A DNA stretch of 57,651 nt, counting the filler, from Euprymna scolopes (lineage: Eukaryota): the NCBI GenBank assembly GCA_053919585.1. It is 4 parts of 4 records of this genome, joined end to end, with 100 filler letters (N's around TTAATTAATTAA, not from the genome) between each part and the next. Parts side by side here need not be neighbours in the genome. Positions count along the whole stretch, not along the records: positions 1 to 21,011 come from CM132808.1; 3 more parts are not named here. One strand, written 5' to 3'. The notes under the pieces were generated by a model, which saw nothing but the letters and a program-made list of their open reading frames with translations, made no database searches and was not told the origin of the DNA. Shown here in pieces: positions 1 through 12,290 of this stretch. The stretch's first letter is position 1, and each line of letters starts with the position of its first letter. The position numbers and the translations under genes are program-made.

Positions 1-689
1 TCTTTTCCACTTTGTTCTCTATACTAATAAATGCCCGGTTTGTGATGTTGTCTTCCTTTTCTGGTTTTCAAACTGAAAGGTGTTGCAGAGATGACAGAAT
101 CAAATGCAAAAAAGAAGGATTTTCATATAAGTCTACAATTTATTTCTTTTAGCACACTCCTCTTTACAGTTACAGTCAACTCCCCAACCAGAAGCTGGGG
201 GAGCAGAACATCCGCTCACTTTGATCATCAATACTGTTCTCATGTTTTTCTCAAGCCTCTATTGATCAACGACTTCATTTTGGAATTGTTTTAATACTTG
301 TTTTCATATCAAATTGACATACTTTAATTTCAGTTTTAGTCTCAAACTTGAAATTATCAAAAGAATCATAGTCACATTCCAAACGCAATACCTACTCACA
401 CATTCCCTGACCTATATCTTGTTAATTAAATTATACTCATTCATTATACTCCCTTTTTTCAGATCTCATTACATATTTACATGAAAGTCCTAATGACCCA
501 AGAATACCTTATTTAACAATTTATAAATTATTTTCGATTATTTCGATTGCTGCTCCTATCTTGAGCATTGTTCATACAATGTTTCACCCAATGTAATCTT
601 CGGCCTTCTTCAAGTGTATCTTACCAAACTTGGGAATCTTCATATCACCTCCATGAGTGTCACAACTGAATTCAATAAAAAAAAAATAA

Positions 690-1308
690 TATTTTTTTTT
701 TATTCAATTTTCACCCCAAACAAGGCACAGTGCCACTTGGAAGTAGGGGCTACTATCGGGGACATAAGTTTCAAGGGTATTATGAAGGGAGAGGAGTAGC
801 AAGATGTCCGTTCACATTACACTTGAACTTCTGCATGTCAGTACAGTTGGGAAAGCAGAATCCCAGAAGGGAGTTTCAAAGTCTAGCAGTTACGTGGATT
901 GGTTGGTTGTTTTACGGCATATCAACCCTTTTCAGGTTATTCGATGCCGAATCCAAAGATTTTGAAGAAAAATTTTTAAATAGAATATATTTGTTGTTTT
1001 CAAGTCGGTTTCTATTTAACCCATAGTTGGGACCCTAACAGGTACTACCACTCCAGGTCAGAGTGGACCTGAGAGGAATGGCAATTAAAGGGTGGCTCCA
1101 CACTCCCCAAAACCCGCAAGCTGGGGCCTCACCATCGGATATAGTTTAAGGTCATATCCAGCAGTTCTGTGGAAGAAACTATTGGAGTAGAAGGCTTTCT
1201 TACACCTAGGGATCTCTGTGAAGGGGTGGGATTTAGCTGCTTGTCAGGTTTGTCGGGGGTATTCACGTCTAGGGGGTACACGTGCTTGTAGTTCGTCGTG
1301 ACATTCTT
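690..1308 (-). mobile_element. 3' fragment of a CR1-group LINE, interrupted by a SINE
   Basis: Segments 700-891 and 1160-1305 are the reverse complement of the 3' end of the copies at 11218-12290 and 22600-24435 (DMQKFKCNVN coding end and shared 3' UTR). A poly-T tail is at ~691-701. Confidence 0.85.
892..1159 (-). mobile_element. SINE-like insertion (probably 5'-truncated) with a 7-bp TSD
   Basis: It interrupts the LINE sequence cleanly and is flanked by AGCAGTT at 885-891 and 1160-1166. A (GGTT)n simple-repeat tail at ~898-908 suggests minus orientation. Confidence 0.7.
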
Positions 1309-3330
1309 TTGGGGGTTGAACGTTCAATCTTAAGTATGGGTGACATGAAGAATACAGTTGTAAATTATTTAAGATTTCTACCCAGTCGTGGCTGACAGAA
1401 CGAGATCATTCTATTCCCAAAGGACTAAAGAAAGGGTTTTGTTTGAAATTCTGTGCAAATTCCCAGAGTTTGATAGAAAAATTTCCAAGTTCGATAAGAT
1501 AAACCTGAAGAAGGTCATAGGTTACATCGGTCAACATATGCAAATAAAACTGAAGATGAGAACAATAGGTTGAATATTGTTTTTTTATTTTTTGCATCCT
1601 TTGAGATGCGACTTCGTAATTTGTGCATTCATTCATTTTATGAACCGTTATCCTCATCTTCATAGTTGGTTTTTTTTCACGTTTCGTCCAACTCATCCTC
1701 TCAGGTGATTAACTGTGACGGAATAGGAACGCTGAGTCTTATAACTGCATCCCCAGTAATTACTGCCTTCCATGGTACATTGGATAGAGGTGTTGAGTTT
1801 CTACGGTTCCATGTGAGCATTGTCTGAAAATAATGGTTTCAATCCTACTCAAGCAGGCCAGAGGATTAGTTGGCCAAAACAGTATGGACAACAACTATGA
1901 AAGGCAGTAATTACTGGGGATACAGTTACAAGACTCAACATCCTATCCTGTCGCGATTAATCATCTAAAGAAGGCCAGAGGATGAGTTGACCGAAACGAA
2001 AAGAAAACAACAACAACTATGAAGATAAAGAAAACAGTCCACAAATGAAAGAATGAATGCCGTAGTTCAAATCTAAATTTATTAATCCTCATCTCAAAAT
2101 TCAGAAATATAAATTATTTCTTTTTTTAAAAAAAAGTTCAAATTGCATTCAATATTGAATTTAAGGTTTTAGGAAAACCACTATCAATCACAAAAAATTT
2201 TTTTTTAAATTGGCTAAGTAACACTTCACCTGCTTGACCTATTTTTTGCGTTAGTCATAGCATGAAGCTTTAAATGTAGAACAGCAGCTGATTAATCTAA
2301 AATTGTTTGGTTATCAAATATATTTAACATAAATTTATGTTTATCCAATTAGTTTTTTTTTTTTTAATTTTCGTATCAGTTTGTTCAAGCTGGGGATGGA
2401 GCATTCTACTGGATGCTAGACATACACCCGCTATCTTATATATTCCAACCAAGAGATCTAAGATTCTAACTATCCCTTTAAATACAACTGTTCTTGTACT
2501 GGTGTGAAATATGTTCAAACAATATCTTTTTCTACGTTTTGAATTTTTGAGATGAGGAATTGGTTATTCGTATTATTTGGATTCTTCGAACTACTGTTCT
2601 CATCTTAAGTTTCAGTCAATGTAACCTCCAACCTTTTTGAAGTCGAACTCTGGAATCTTTCTCCGTCTGTAAGGACCCATGAACAGTGGATGAGGTAAAA
2701 TTCAGTTGTAAATTCTACTCTCCTGGAGGTTGAAGGTTCAAACCTCAGTGCAGGTGACATTCAAAATACAATTACGAATTACTCAATCATGGCTAACGGA
2801 ATGAGAGCATGGTACCCTGTGGATTAAATTAAGGATTCCGTTTGAAATTCCATACAGATTCCCAAGTTCGACAAGATACACCTGAAGAAGGCTGGAGGTT
2901 ACATCGATCAAAACGTTGTGAAAATACCATTCAAGATGAGAACAGTAGTAAAAAAAAATAAATAAATAAAAAAAAATATAATACAATATATGTATATATA
3001 TATTCATCTATATAATTATAGAAGGCAGAACAACGAGAATATTAAATATGGTCTTACTACTTATCACTAGATGTTACTAATACTACTACTAATTACAAAA
3101 TATTACTCTAGACTTGTGATATAACAGATATAAAGGGTAAGTAATAATCAATTCTAAGTGACAGTATTCTGGAGGTTGAAGGTTCAATCCTCAATGCAAA
3201 CGATACTAAGAATTATTCAAGCCATCTATCCAGTCATGGCTGATGGAATGAGAACGAGCTATTTCTGGTTCCTTTGAAATTTCATACAGGTTTTAGAGTG
3301 CGACAGAAAGATTCCCAAGTTCAACAAGAT

Positions 3331-3373
3331 ACACCTGAAGAAGGTCGGAGGCTACATCGAACGAAACGTTGTG
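3331..3373 (+). ncRNA. Minimal type I hammerhead ribozyme motif (best-preserved copy of the cluster)
   Basis: Reads CAC-CTGAAGA-A-GGTCG(gaggctacat)CGAAC-GAAAC-GTT-GTG. It has the core CUGANGA and GAAA, stem I CAC/GTG, stem II with one mismatch, a palindromic stem III (AACGTT) and a GUU cleavage triplet. Confidence 0.6.
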
Positions 3374-5394
3374 AGAATAACACTCAAGATGAGAATAGTA
3401 GTCTGAAGAATCCAAATAAAATTAATTTTCTCGATGTTAATAAAATTGTATGATCCGTGCGTGCGTGCGTGCGTGTCAATTTTTAGTATCAATGTAACTT
3501 GGCTAATTACACACTGAACAAGCCTAGCATGCGGGGTCCTCCTCCACGAGTGAATAAGTCTGGAAAGAGCCCAATTTACTTTCACCAACACTAATGTTTG
3601 TGCAAAATTTTAAAAAGTTAAAGTGGTTACTGAGAAAAGTGCGAACAAATGAATGGATCAATGATTTGGGGGTAATATTACTCCTATTTTGCCCGCTTTG
3701 GGATCAACCAGAGTTATCCCGGAAAATCTGTTCCAGCAAAAATTTACTTTCATCATGACTAATGTTTGTACAAAACTTCCAAAAACTCCAAGGCGTGGTT
3801 ATTCAGAAAAGTACAAATGAATGAACAGGAGTGAATTACTAGGTCCAATCCCTTCTTTGTCGGGGATTAATCATTATTTTTTATTTATTACAGTCAACCA
3901 AGAGAAGAGTCTATTGAGCAACAAAATGCGATGATGTATATCAGTGAGAGTGGACGACATGCGTTGCATGGAAAGGAATGATAGGAGAATGATATGAAAA
4001 CAATAAGAGTAAAATTAATTTACAAATGGAAGAGTTTTGCACGATTTGCATGTCCATATGAAGATTAGAATCAAGGCAGATAATAAAAAATATAAACCAT
4101 TTCTCATTGAAAATAATAAACTAAATCAAAGTAACTAAAGAAAACTTAATGATACAAGAGAAAAAAAATATGTATATTAATCGAAAAAGATTAAATTTTG
4201 TTCATGTCAAAATTTTACTAAATTCTATAATCTGCCCATTTTTTCACACTAAACTCTAGGCTGGTTTATGATAACTAGTCTAAGACTAATAAGCAGAACG
4301 TGTTTGCATTTTTAGTTTGGCAATGTATCAACGATTTTGTCAATAAAAAGCCTTTTCTCTGGAAAAATTGGGCACATGAGAAATTCAGTCAAAAATCCCC
4401 TACCCAACCAAAGCTATTTAAATCTTCATACCTAGACCCACCCCCCTCAAAAAAGAATGCAAATTTCGTTATCTTGCCAAAAAAGAAAAAAAGAAGCATT
4501 ATCTAGGAGCGGGAACATACGTATGTAAAAAAAAAAATTTTTAATAGCTTTGAATTAATAGACTTCCTCAAAACACAAAGTCAAGAATTGGCTACGGTTG
4601 AACAATTTATGCGTCTTTAAATTCGGACATTTGCTGTTTTGCCATCTTTTATTGTATTTTTTGTCAAAAGCCCAAAATTCCTAAAAACTGAATAGCAGAG
4701 AAAAGTAGACAATCTTGCAAGAAGAAAAATATGTCCCCTTTCTTTTTTTTGCCATTTAGTCCCCACATTCCATGAGCGATGTTTGGGACAAAGTTGAATG
4801 TTATGCAGACATTTTTGGATCCTCTCATAGATATATATCTCCCTCTCATGGCAGGAAAATGTGATATATGGGTCGGAAAGTGTGATTGAAGAACCAGTGC
4901 TATCGAGGAGAAACACTGGCCTGCGAATGCTTCAGCAGCTCTGTAGCATTCCTTGACAGAGGTGCCCCAGGTGACTAGCCTGAAATTAAACACTTCTCAA
5001 AGAGAGAAGACAAAGCCTAGGAGGGTGAACTTCATAGAAATGCACAGGATCAGCAACATACCAGTTAACAGGGAAGAGGTAATTTGAAAAATGGTCAAGA
5101 TTCTGTACTTTGGCGCTGAGGAAAAAAATTCTCTCTTCCATCTCATGATTATCCTTGAGTGATTTCTAGAATTGAGAAGCGATGACTCATTCATAAAAAA
5201 ATATTCTTAAATAGTTCATTGTGAAATCAGTTAATGCGGTTACCAGGCAGGTTGAGAAATTGTTGGCAAATGTTGGCGTCCATGCAGAACTCTAAATAGA
5301 GCCTTATATTACATGTTCCTCATATTCATTTCTTGGAAGAATTTTCTTTCAGTAAAAAATAACTTGTCAAAATTTGCTACTCCAAAATCTGACA

Positions 5395-6597
5395 TATTGC
5401 TGTCAAAGCCCGGAGGCCACTCAGGGATAAGGGTTATTGCGTGTACAGTAATCAATGAGATAGTACTGTAGTAACCATTAGTATTGGAGATTTGATAGAG
5501 TGTCTTACTTAAGGGGGCAGTTTGTCAGGAATTTGTTTATGTTGAACTTGATGTTGTAGTCAGGTGGGAAACAGGCAAACGGAAGAGAGTTCCACAGTTG
5601 TGCACTTCTGAGAAAGAAGCTCTACTCATGGAATCTACGTTTGAATTTAGGCACAGATAAAGAGTGGGGAAAATTATTGACAGTGGTTTCAGCCAGACGG
5701 GTGATTCTCGTGAAAGATTGGCGAGGGGGGACCAGAGATTGGAGCTCAGACGAGCACTTGCCATGGAAATAACGATAAAACAAAGACAGGCTCGCAACAT
5801 CTCTTCTGTGAGAGAGAGGCTGCAGGAAAAGAAAAGGGCATCCCACCCTAAACAACAAAGTCTATTTTGTACTCTGTCAAGGCAGGATAGGCTGTTTTTA
5901 GCAGCTCCTGCCCAGATGTGGCAGCAGTACTCCATCCTTGGACGTACTTGGCTTTTATACAGATAAAGAATTGCATCAGTAGTGAGATATCTTCTGGAGC
6001 GGTAGAAGGATCCCACCATTTTCCCAGCGTCCTTGGCAACAGACCTGATGTACTTGTTCCATTTCAGATCAGGAGTAAAGGTCAAACCCAGAAGCTTGTC
6101 AAAACATGGAGCCTCCCCAAGACAATTGATGCCAGATGGGGATCAGAGCGTTGATAATGTAAAGATAGAAGCTTGGTTTTGGATGCATTAAAAGTGACCA
6201 GCCACCTCTTCCCCCACTGTACCACACGCTCGAGATCAGAGGAGAGAGAATCAGAGAGAACTTTGTCATTTACAGCCTTTGATGTGTTGCCATAGATGGT
6301 CGTGTCATCAGCATAGATGTCAACGAATGATTTAAGTATGTGTTTTGGGAGATCATTGATGTAGATCAGGAAGAGAGTTGGGCCCAGGATTGACCCCTGG
6401 AGGACTCCAGCATTAATACTGTGGGCCTCTGATTTCTGCCCATCAACTACTACTCCTATGAACCTATCGGAGAGAAATGATTTAATGATTGAGTAAACAT
6501 TTCCAGTGATATCGTAGCTGGAAATCTTGTGAAGTAGGCCCTTATGCCATACCTTATTGAAGGCCTTCGATATGTCAAGAGCAATTGCCCTGGAAAG
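5395..6597 (-). mobile_element. 5'-truncated, frameshifted CR1-group LINE (second subfamily), RT domain and C-terminus
   Basis: Motifs RAIALDISKAFNKVWH, GVLQGSILGPTLFLIYINDLP, IYADDTT and RPRMEYCCHIWAGA, with frameshifts. The 3' UTR (CCCTTATCCCTGAGTGGCC) is shared with the copy at 16960-17345. Confidence 0.9.
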
Positions 6598-6919
6598 GAA
6601 GCCTTTGTTAAGAGATTCACTAATCCAAGTCTGCTACTTGACATTGCATGCTGCAAAAAGTCAGGTTTGTATCAATTTTAAAGGCATTTAATTACATAAA
6701 GGTCAGGGATAGGAGCTATTATACTTTTTCTACGTTTTATTATGTTCACCACATTTGATAGCTTGGTAATGCTGAGTAATTCTGCCAGTTAATCATAGAA
6801 CAGAAATTAAAGCAGAATCAATTTCAGATTTTACCAGAATTAACTTTGGTAAGCAAAAAGAATTTTAAAACTGATTTTTATTGTGGAACATGAACAGATG
6901 TACAGTGACTTCATAATAA

Positions 6920-7150
6920 ATTAGCAGGGATACCCAGCATTGCTCGGAGCCATAAAAACAAAATAGAAGAGGTTAAAACGGGTGTGTCACATCTTTTAGT
7001 GGACCTTAGGTTTACTTTCGGCATCCTCATACCTCTCACTTCCCTTATTTTGTCCTTTACTCCTCACATTCCATGAGCGATGTTTCTGACAAAAGGGGAA
7101 GAATTGCTGTTTTCTGGGTCAGAATCTATTCCATCTAATCATTGTTGGTT
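6920..7150. repeat. Dispersed non-autonomous repeat family
   Basis: The motif GAAGAATTGCTGTTTTCTGGGTC and/or CACATTCCATGAGCGATGTTT recurs at ~4760, 7060-7140, 13810-13855 plus 14601-14670(-), 16220-16320(-), ~30200 and ~55190. Confidence 0.55.
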
Positions 7151-7479
7151 AGCTTTTGACCCTTTTTTTTTTTTTTTTTTTTTTTTTTTATAGCTCCTTA
7201 CACCAAATGTCTTCATGCCTTGTCTGGAGCGATTTTGTTAAAAGAAAAAAAAAGAAAAAAAAAAGAAACCTATCTTTCTATCTGTCTCAATCTATTTATC
7301 TTTCTCTCTTTCCTACTTATCCGTTTACTCCACCCCCTTTTATTATTACCTTTATATAATAGATAACATTATGACATATAACATTGAAAAATGGCTGAAA
7401 AATCACCCCCCTCCCCTCCTGATGAAACCTGGTCCACTTAACACACAAAGAATGAGTAATTTTGTTCTAGGTATTATAT

Positions 7480-7700
7480 ATCCAGGCCAACACCGATCGA
7501 GAAAATGTAAACTTTATGAGTCTTTGGTTAGTAGTTCTGGATTTTTAGCTAGACATTCAAATATACACACAGACAATCATTCCAGTAATTCTAGGAGCAA
7601 CTGGACTCGTGAAAAATTATTAAAAACTACCTGGCAAATATACCCGGTGAATCACATAAGAGACGATTAGAATCTTAAAAAGGTATCTCAGCTGGAATGT
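7480..7700 (+). mobile_element. Degenerate C-terminal fragment of an RLE-type non-LTR retrotransposon (R4/Dong-like)
   Basis: Translation TIIPVILGATGLVK...KNYLANIPG matches the 'IIPVVIGALG' motif that follows the restriction-like endonuclease domain. Confidence 0.45.
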
Positions 7701-8066
7701 ATAAGATAGTGGGTGAATGTCTGGCATCCAGTAGGATGCCCCATCCTAGCTTTAGCAAAATAGGAAAATTGAAAAAAAAAAAAAAAAAAGTGAACAACTT
7801 CTCTTTCTATGATAGATAAATAGACGTTGACCCCCCCCCCATCTCCAGCAAACAATGGAAATATCAAATGTCACGAAATGATTTTTAAAGAATAAGGGTT
7901 TATAGGGGAGGGATCTATCAGTTCATAGCGGTGTCCTTTTTGTTGGTACGATTTTAATTACACATGAATCATTACGAGGGAGTAATAAGCATAGGTTATG
8001 GTTATGGATGTGTATTAATTTTTCTTTCATTTTGGATATTATTCATCCGGGGCAATGCCGATTAAG

Positions 8067-8678
8067 TTATACTATAACAAAAGCCGCTGTGGCACTATTT
8101 GTGCATATGCCACCGCATTGTCACTGCCCCCGTAGCCGGGAGGTGATTTGGTCACTCGTGGAAGGATACAGGGGAAGGAACAACAATGCAATTCGCCATT
8201 ATTTACTCTTTTCTTGGCGACTAGCATGGGGTAAGGATGCTCAAAATTGTCTCCCAATGCAATAAGTTATGGTTGAAAGTTTTATCATTATGAATTGTCT
8301 TGTTTTTTTTTTTATCGTAATATATTGCAATATATTTGTAAAAATAGTTGATTCTCTTATATATATTACAATCTGTGTTGCATGTTGTTTGATCGGCTTC
8401 AACATAAAAACGAAGTCTGCCGCCTTCCGAGCCAGAATCCAACAAAAAGAAGTCATTCTTGAGGAATGGAGAAATAGCCAGAGAAAAAGCCACACCCAAT
8501 TCCAGGTATGCAATCACTCTTTAAAAAAGACTTCCATATACCATACACATAGTGTTATATGGGTTGGTCACTCAAGTGACCGACTCATAGTGTTACACTA
8601 CTGTCGCTGAGTTAGCAGCAGCAGCCATATGCAAATGACCAAGCCAGTGTGCGATGTGACGTCACAGTAGAAATATAA
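8067..8678 (+). CDS. Putative 3' exons of a host membrane-protein gene (exons ~8067-8230, 8348-8505, 8616-8678)
   Basis: Phase-compatible GT-AG joins: TGG G|gtaagg...atag|TT GAT and CAG|gtatgc...ttag|CAG. The joined peptide is ...AAVALFVH...HYLLFSWRLAWVDSLIYITICVACCLIGFNIKTK...QFQQQQPYANDQASVRCDVTVEI*. The 5' edge and the last acceptor are uncertain. Confidence 0.4.
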
Positions 8679-10403
8679 AGGTCAAACATGTTCAAAGAAG
8701 CAAGTATTCAGGGTGTGGCCAGTGTTTGAAATATAAGCAACATCACAGTATGGACAAGAAGTCACACGCGGCCAGAGAAGGAAAAATGAAGTGCTTAAAT
8801 ATTTAGAAAAAATGCGTTGGAAATACCAGATATAAAGGCTTTTATTAAAAGAAAAAATGCATTGAGTCCCCCCCCTTTCTTCTGTTTCCTTGCAATGACG
8901 TCTGTGTTGAATCTTAAAATGTAACGTCCCCATTAAAAAAAGATGTACAATGTTACAATACCAACATTGTGGGTGTTTGTTTTGTAGTTACAAAAATCAC
9001 ACCTGAAATCGATGGTTTCAAGTTTGAAACAAAAAAAAAAGGACCAAAAAAACAATGATATACATCTGACACATGCACACGGAAGCATAGAATTGTCAGT
9101 GAAAAAGAAATGTCTGGTGCATTTTTGTTCGGGAAGCCAATATCTTCAGACAGCCTAATCTGGGAGCATCAGATGCCCTTACAGGAAATACCACTCTGGG
9201 CAAAAATTGGCTCTGAAAACAATGGCATCAAGGCCATCTCCACATTCTCCACAGCCCCCAAATGGGGCTGCAATACTGAATGTTTTTTTAAGGTCATACC
9301 CAGGACTGGAAGAAAAAAGTGAATGAGAAGAGAAGTGGTGAGAGAAAAGATATAAAGGTGGTAGTGATAATAATATTAGCAGCAATACAAGCAGGTTAAT
9401 AAAAATCAATACAAACACAGTATAATTAACAAAAAGTTTTTAATAAAAGTTACAGAAGTAGACATCATGATTCTGGGGCCATAGCTGCCACAAATGGCAA
9501 CAGCAATGTTTAAATATAAATATATTTATATTCTCTGGGTAAATTCATTGTCCTTGAAATTATTAGAATAGAAAACTTTATGGCATTTATCAACAGTAAA
9601 GGGGTGTGATTTTGTTGCTAAGTAGGTTTGTTATGGATATGTACGCCAAGGGGGCAAAAGTGCAGAGTTCATGTGTCGCCTCGTATATGTTTATATATGC
9701 TCTTTCTCCCCTGATACATGATCTTAACTAATCAGAGCTTTTGGCATCTCTAAACTCTTCATGTTACTTTTAACAATATTTGTGATTGTGAAATGTAACC
9801 TTGCAGACCAGTAACAATCAATACAAACACATTGGTATGATTAAAAAAAAAAGTGTATTAACAAAAGCTTTACGCCATAAAATTGGATAAACACCCAAAG
9901 AATGACTTCTTTATATTTTAACGCTAATCATATGGAATATGTAATTTGTAAAGTTCTTTATTTAATCAAATTTTACACTTTTTTATACCTTTCTCCCAAC
10001 ATGACCGCAGTCATACTGAATCAGAATATGTAAGATTTTTTAAGTGAATCTTGTGTAATTTATAAAATTAGACCAAATTCACAAAAAAAAAAAATGTCAA
10101 TTTTTTTTTATATAAAAATTTTTTTAATATACATTTTTAATAAAAAAATTGTTTCTCTATATTATATGTTATAGAGTTGGTATAAAGTGTAGTTTGCGAA
10201 TCCTTACAGCCAGTGTCGTGACAATGTAAGTCTTAAATCCTTTCTCGCCATTTTTGTAGCGTTTACAGGCCATTAACATAAGACAAACACAATAGTATAG
10301 TAAATAAAAAGTATATTAGCAAAAGTATGTTATAGAAGTACACATGATACTGGGACCATAACTGCCACAAATCACTACACCAATGTTTATATCATATCTT
10401 AAA

Positions 10404-10800
10404 TCAGTTTCCAAACTTTTTTTCATATGGGCACTTTTATTGATAGTACACACATGAAACTCTAGTTCCCTTCAAAGTAATCTCCTCTGGCTGCAATGCA
10501 CCTGTACCATTCCAACAACTTCTGGAAGGCCCCATGGAAGTCTTTTTGCGTGAACATGTCACCGACGCTTGTCATAACCTCTTTCATCTTTTCAATTGTC
10601 TCATAACGACAGCCTCTTGAGCCTAGGGAATAACCAAAAGTCACAGGGAGCAAGGTCTGGACTATAGGGAGGGTGAGGAACTGTTTTGATGCCCATCTTG
10701 GTCAAATAATCTGTGACAAGGATGGAGCATCCTCGGGAAAGACTTTGCACAAATCTTCCACATCTTCAGTTACTCGTGAATAATTGTGTGTATAGTTTGA
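10404..10800 (-). mobile_element. Internally deleted mariner remnant
   Basis: Motifs PHPPYSPDL and DFWLFP, and C-terminus AFQKLLEWY..CIAARGDYFEG, all typical of mariner transposases. Confidence 0.8.
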
Positions 10801-10849
10801 CTTTTTAATATAATAGAAAAATCTTTTTATAAGCACTTAAGTTTTAATA

Positions 10850-11190
10850 ATTACAATAGAAAAATGCAAGCATGAAAAGTAATATGGTTAAGCTTAAACA
10901 TGGAAAAGTAAAGGACTAGTTGTTAAAACTGGAAAGGAAAGGGTAAGATATTCTAGTAAAAAATATAAATTTATAACTTCAAATATTGCAGCATCAAGAA
11001 TTGATTATATAATGTTATAATTGAATTAAAAAAAAATCCTACTGCTGCAATATTTGAAGTTATAAATTTATTATATTTTTTACTAGAATATCTTGTCCTT
11101 TTCTTTTCCAGTTTTAACAACTAGTCCTTTACTTTTCCATGTTTAAGCCTAACTGTATTACTTTTCATGCTCATATTTTTCTATTGTAAT
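10850..11190. repeat. Fold-back inverted duplication (~145-bp arms, ~50-bp spacer)
   Basis: 10850-10993 is the reverse complement of 11043-11190, with a few substitutions and indels. Confidence 0.9.
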
Positions 11191-11217
11191 CCATGATTTT
11201 TCCAGACTTCCAGTAAA

Positions 11218-12290
11218 TCCTCGACAGTCGTACATCTAAACAGTGTGATATAAATGTGGGAGTGCTTCAGGGGTCTATCCTTGGACCTCTATTGTTCCTA
11301 ATATTTATTAATGACCTCCCCGACAACATTGCCTCTGAGATGGGTATATATGCTGATGACACCACGCTCTATAACAGGCATGACAGGAAAACAAATGAAC
11401 ACATAACTAAAGAAATGGCAAAAACACTAGAGGATGACCTCCAATCTGTAGTGGAATGGAGACATAAATGGATGGTCACATTCAATGCTGCCAAGACTAA
11501 ACTGGTTTCCTTCAATAATTACAAGAAACCTTCTCTGCCACCAATAGCAATGGCCAGTGACTCCCTGTCTGAGAGTACATCTTTCAAACTCCTTGGCCTA
11601 ACGTTCACAGGAAACATGAGTTGGAACAATTATATTTAAAACATTGCCAGGGCCGCTGCAAAAAAGGTAGGCTCTCTCTACCATGCTAGAAAACTACTGA
11701 CACCTGAAAGTATCCTGTACCTCTAGAAGGCCACCATTCGCCCATGTATGGAGTATTGTTGTCACATTTGGGATGGTGCATCTGCTGCTAGTCTCTTGCT
11801 CCTAGACAAGGTTCAAAAGAGAGTCGCAAATCTGATAGGCCCTGAACTGGCATCTAAGCTTCAGCCTCTGTCCCATCGACGAAACGTTGCATCCCTCTGC
11901 CTGTTCTACAAGTATTTTAACAATGAATGCTCTGACGAACTGCAGACACTTGTGCCCCCACGACATAGACACCCTCGACAAACCCGACAGGCAACTAAAT
12001 CCCACCCCCACACAGTAGAGATCCCTAGATGTAAAAGATCTTTCTACTCTAGTAGTTTCTTCCCCAGAACCGCTAGACTCTGGAATTCCATTCCAGGTCC
12101 CTGCTTCCCTAACTGTACTGACATGCAGAAGTTCAAGTGTAACGTAAACTGACATCTTGCTGCCCAAATCCCAACATAGTGCCCCAGTAGTTGCTGCCCC
12201 TGATAGTAGTCCCCTACACCGAAGTGGCAATGCGCCTTGTTTGGGGTGAAAATGTAATTGAAAAACAAAATTTTTAAATTAAAAAAAAAA
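11218..12290 (+). mobile_element. 5'-truncated CR1-group LINE (RT pseudogene)
   Basis: Motifs GVLQGSILGPLLFLIFINDLP, IYADDTT and MEYCCHIW. In-frame stops at ~11637 and ~11724. A-rich tail; highly similar to 23380-24435. Confidence 0.92.

Larger units (their letters stand above)
540..3430. repeat. Cluster of non-autonomous Penelope-like repeats carrying minimal hammerhead ribozyme motifs, on both strands
   Basis: A unit ...GATTCCCAAGTTCGACAAGATACACCTGAAGAAGG(C/T)CGGAGGTTACATCG..CGAAACGTTGTG...CAAGATGAGAA recurs at ~575-640(-), 1310-1570(+), 2570-2660(-), 2720-2950(+) and 3170-3430(+). A second subfamily lies at ~1640-1790(-) and 1850-2060(+). Another fragment of the unit's 5' part is at ~43600-43660. 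Confidence 0.75.

Noticed and set aside
3470-3880. DINE/Helentron-like element with two internal repeats
   Set aside because: The internal duplication is visible, but the termini could not be defined.
9110-9322. 70-aa ORF as the next exon of the 8-kb gene
   Set aside because: Its acceptor phase does not fit the preceding phase-0 donor, and no homology is recognisable.
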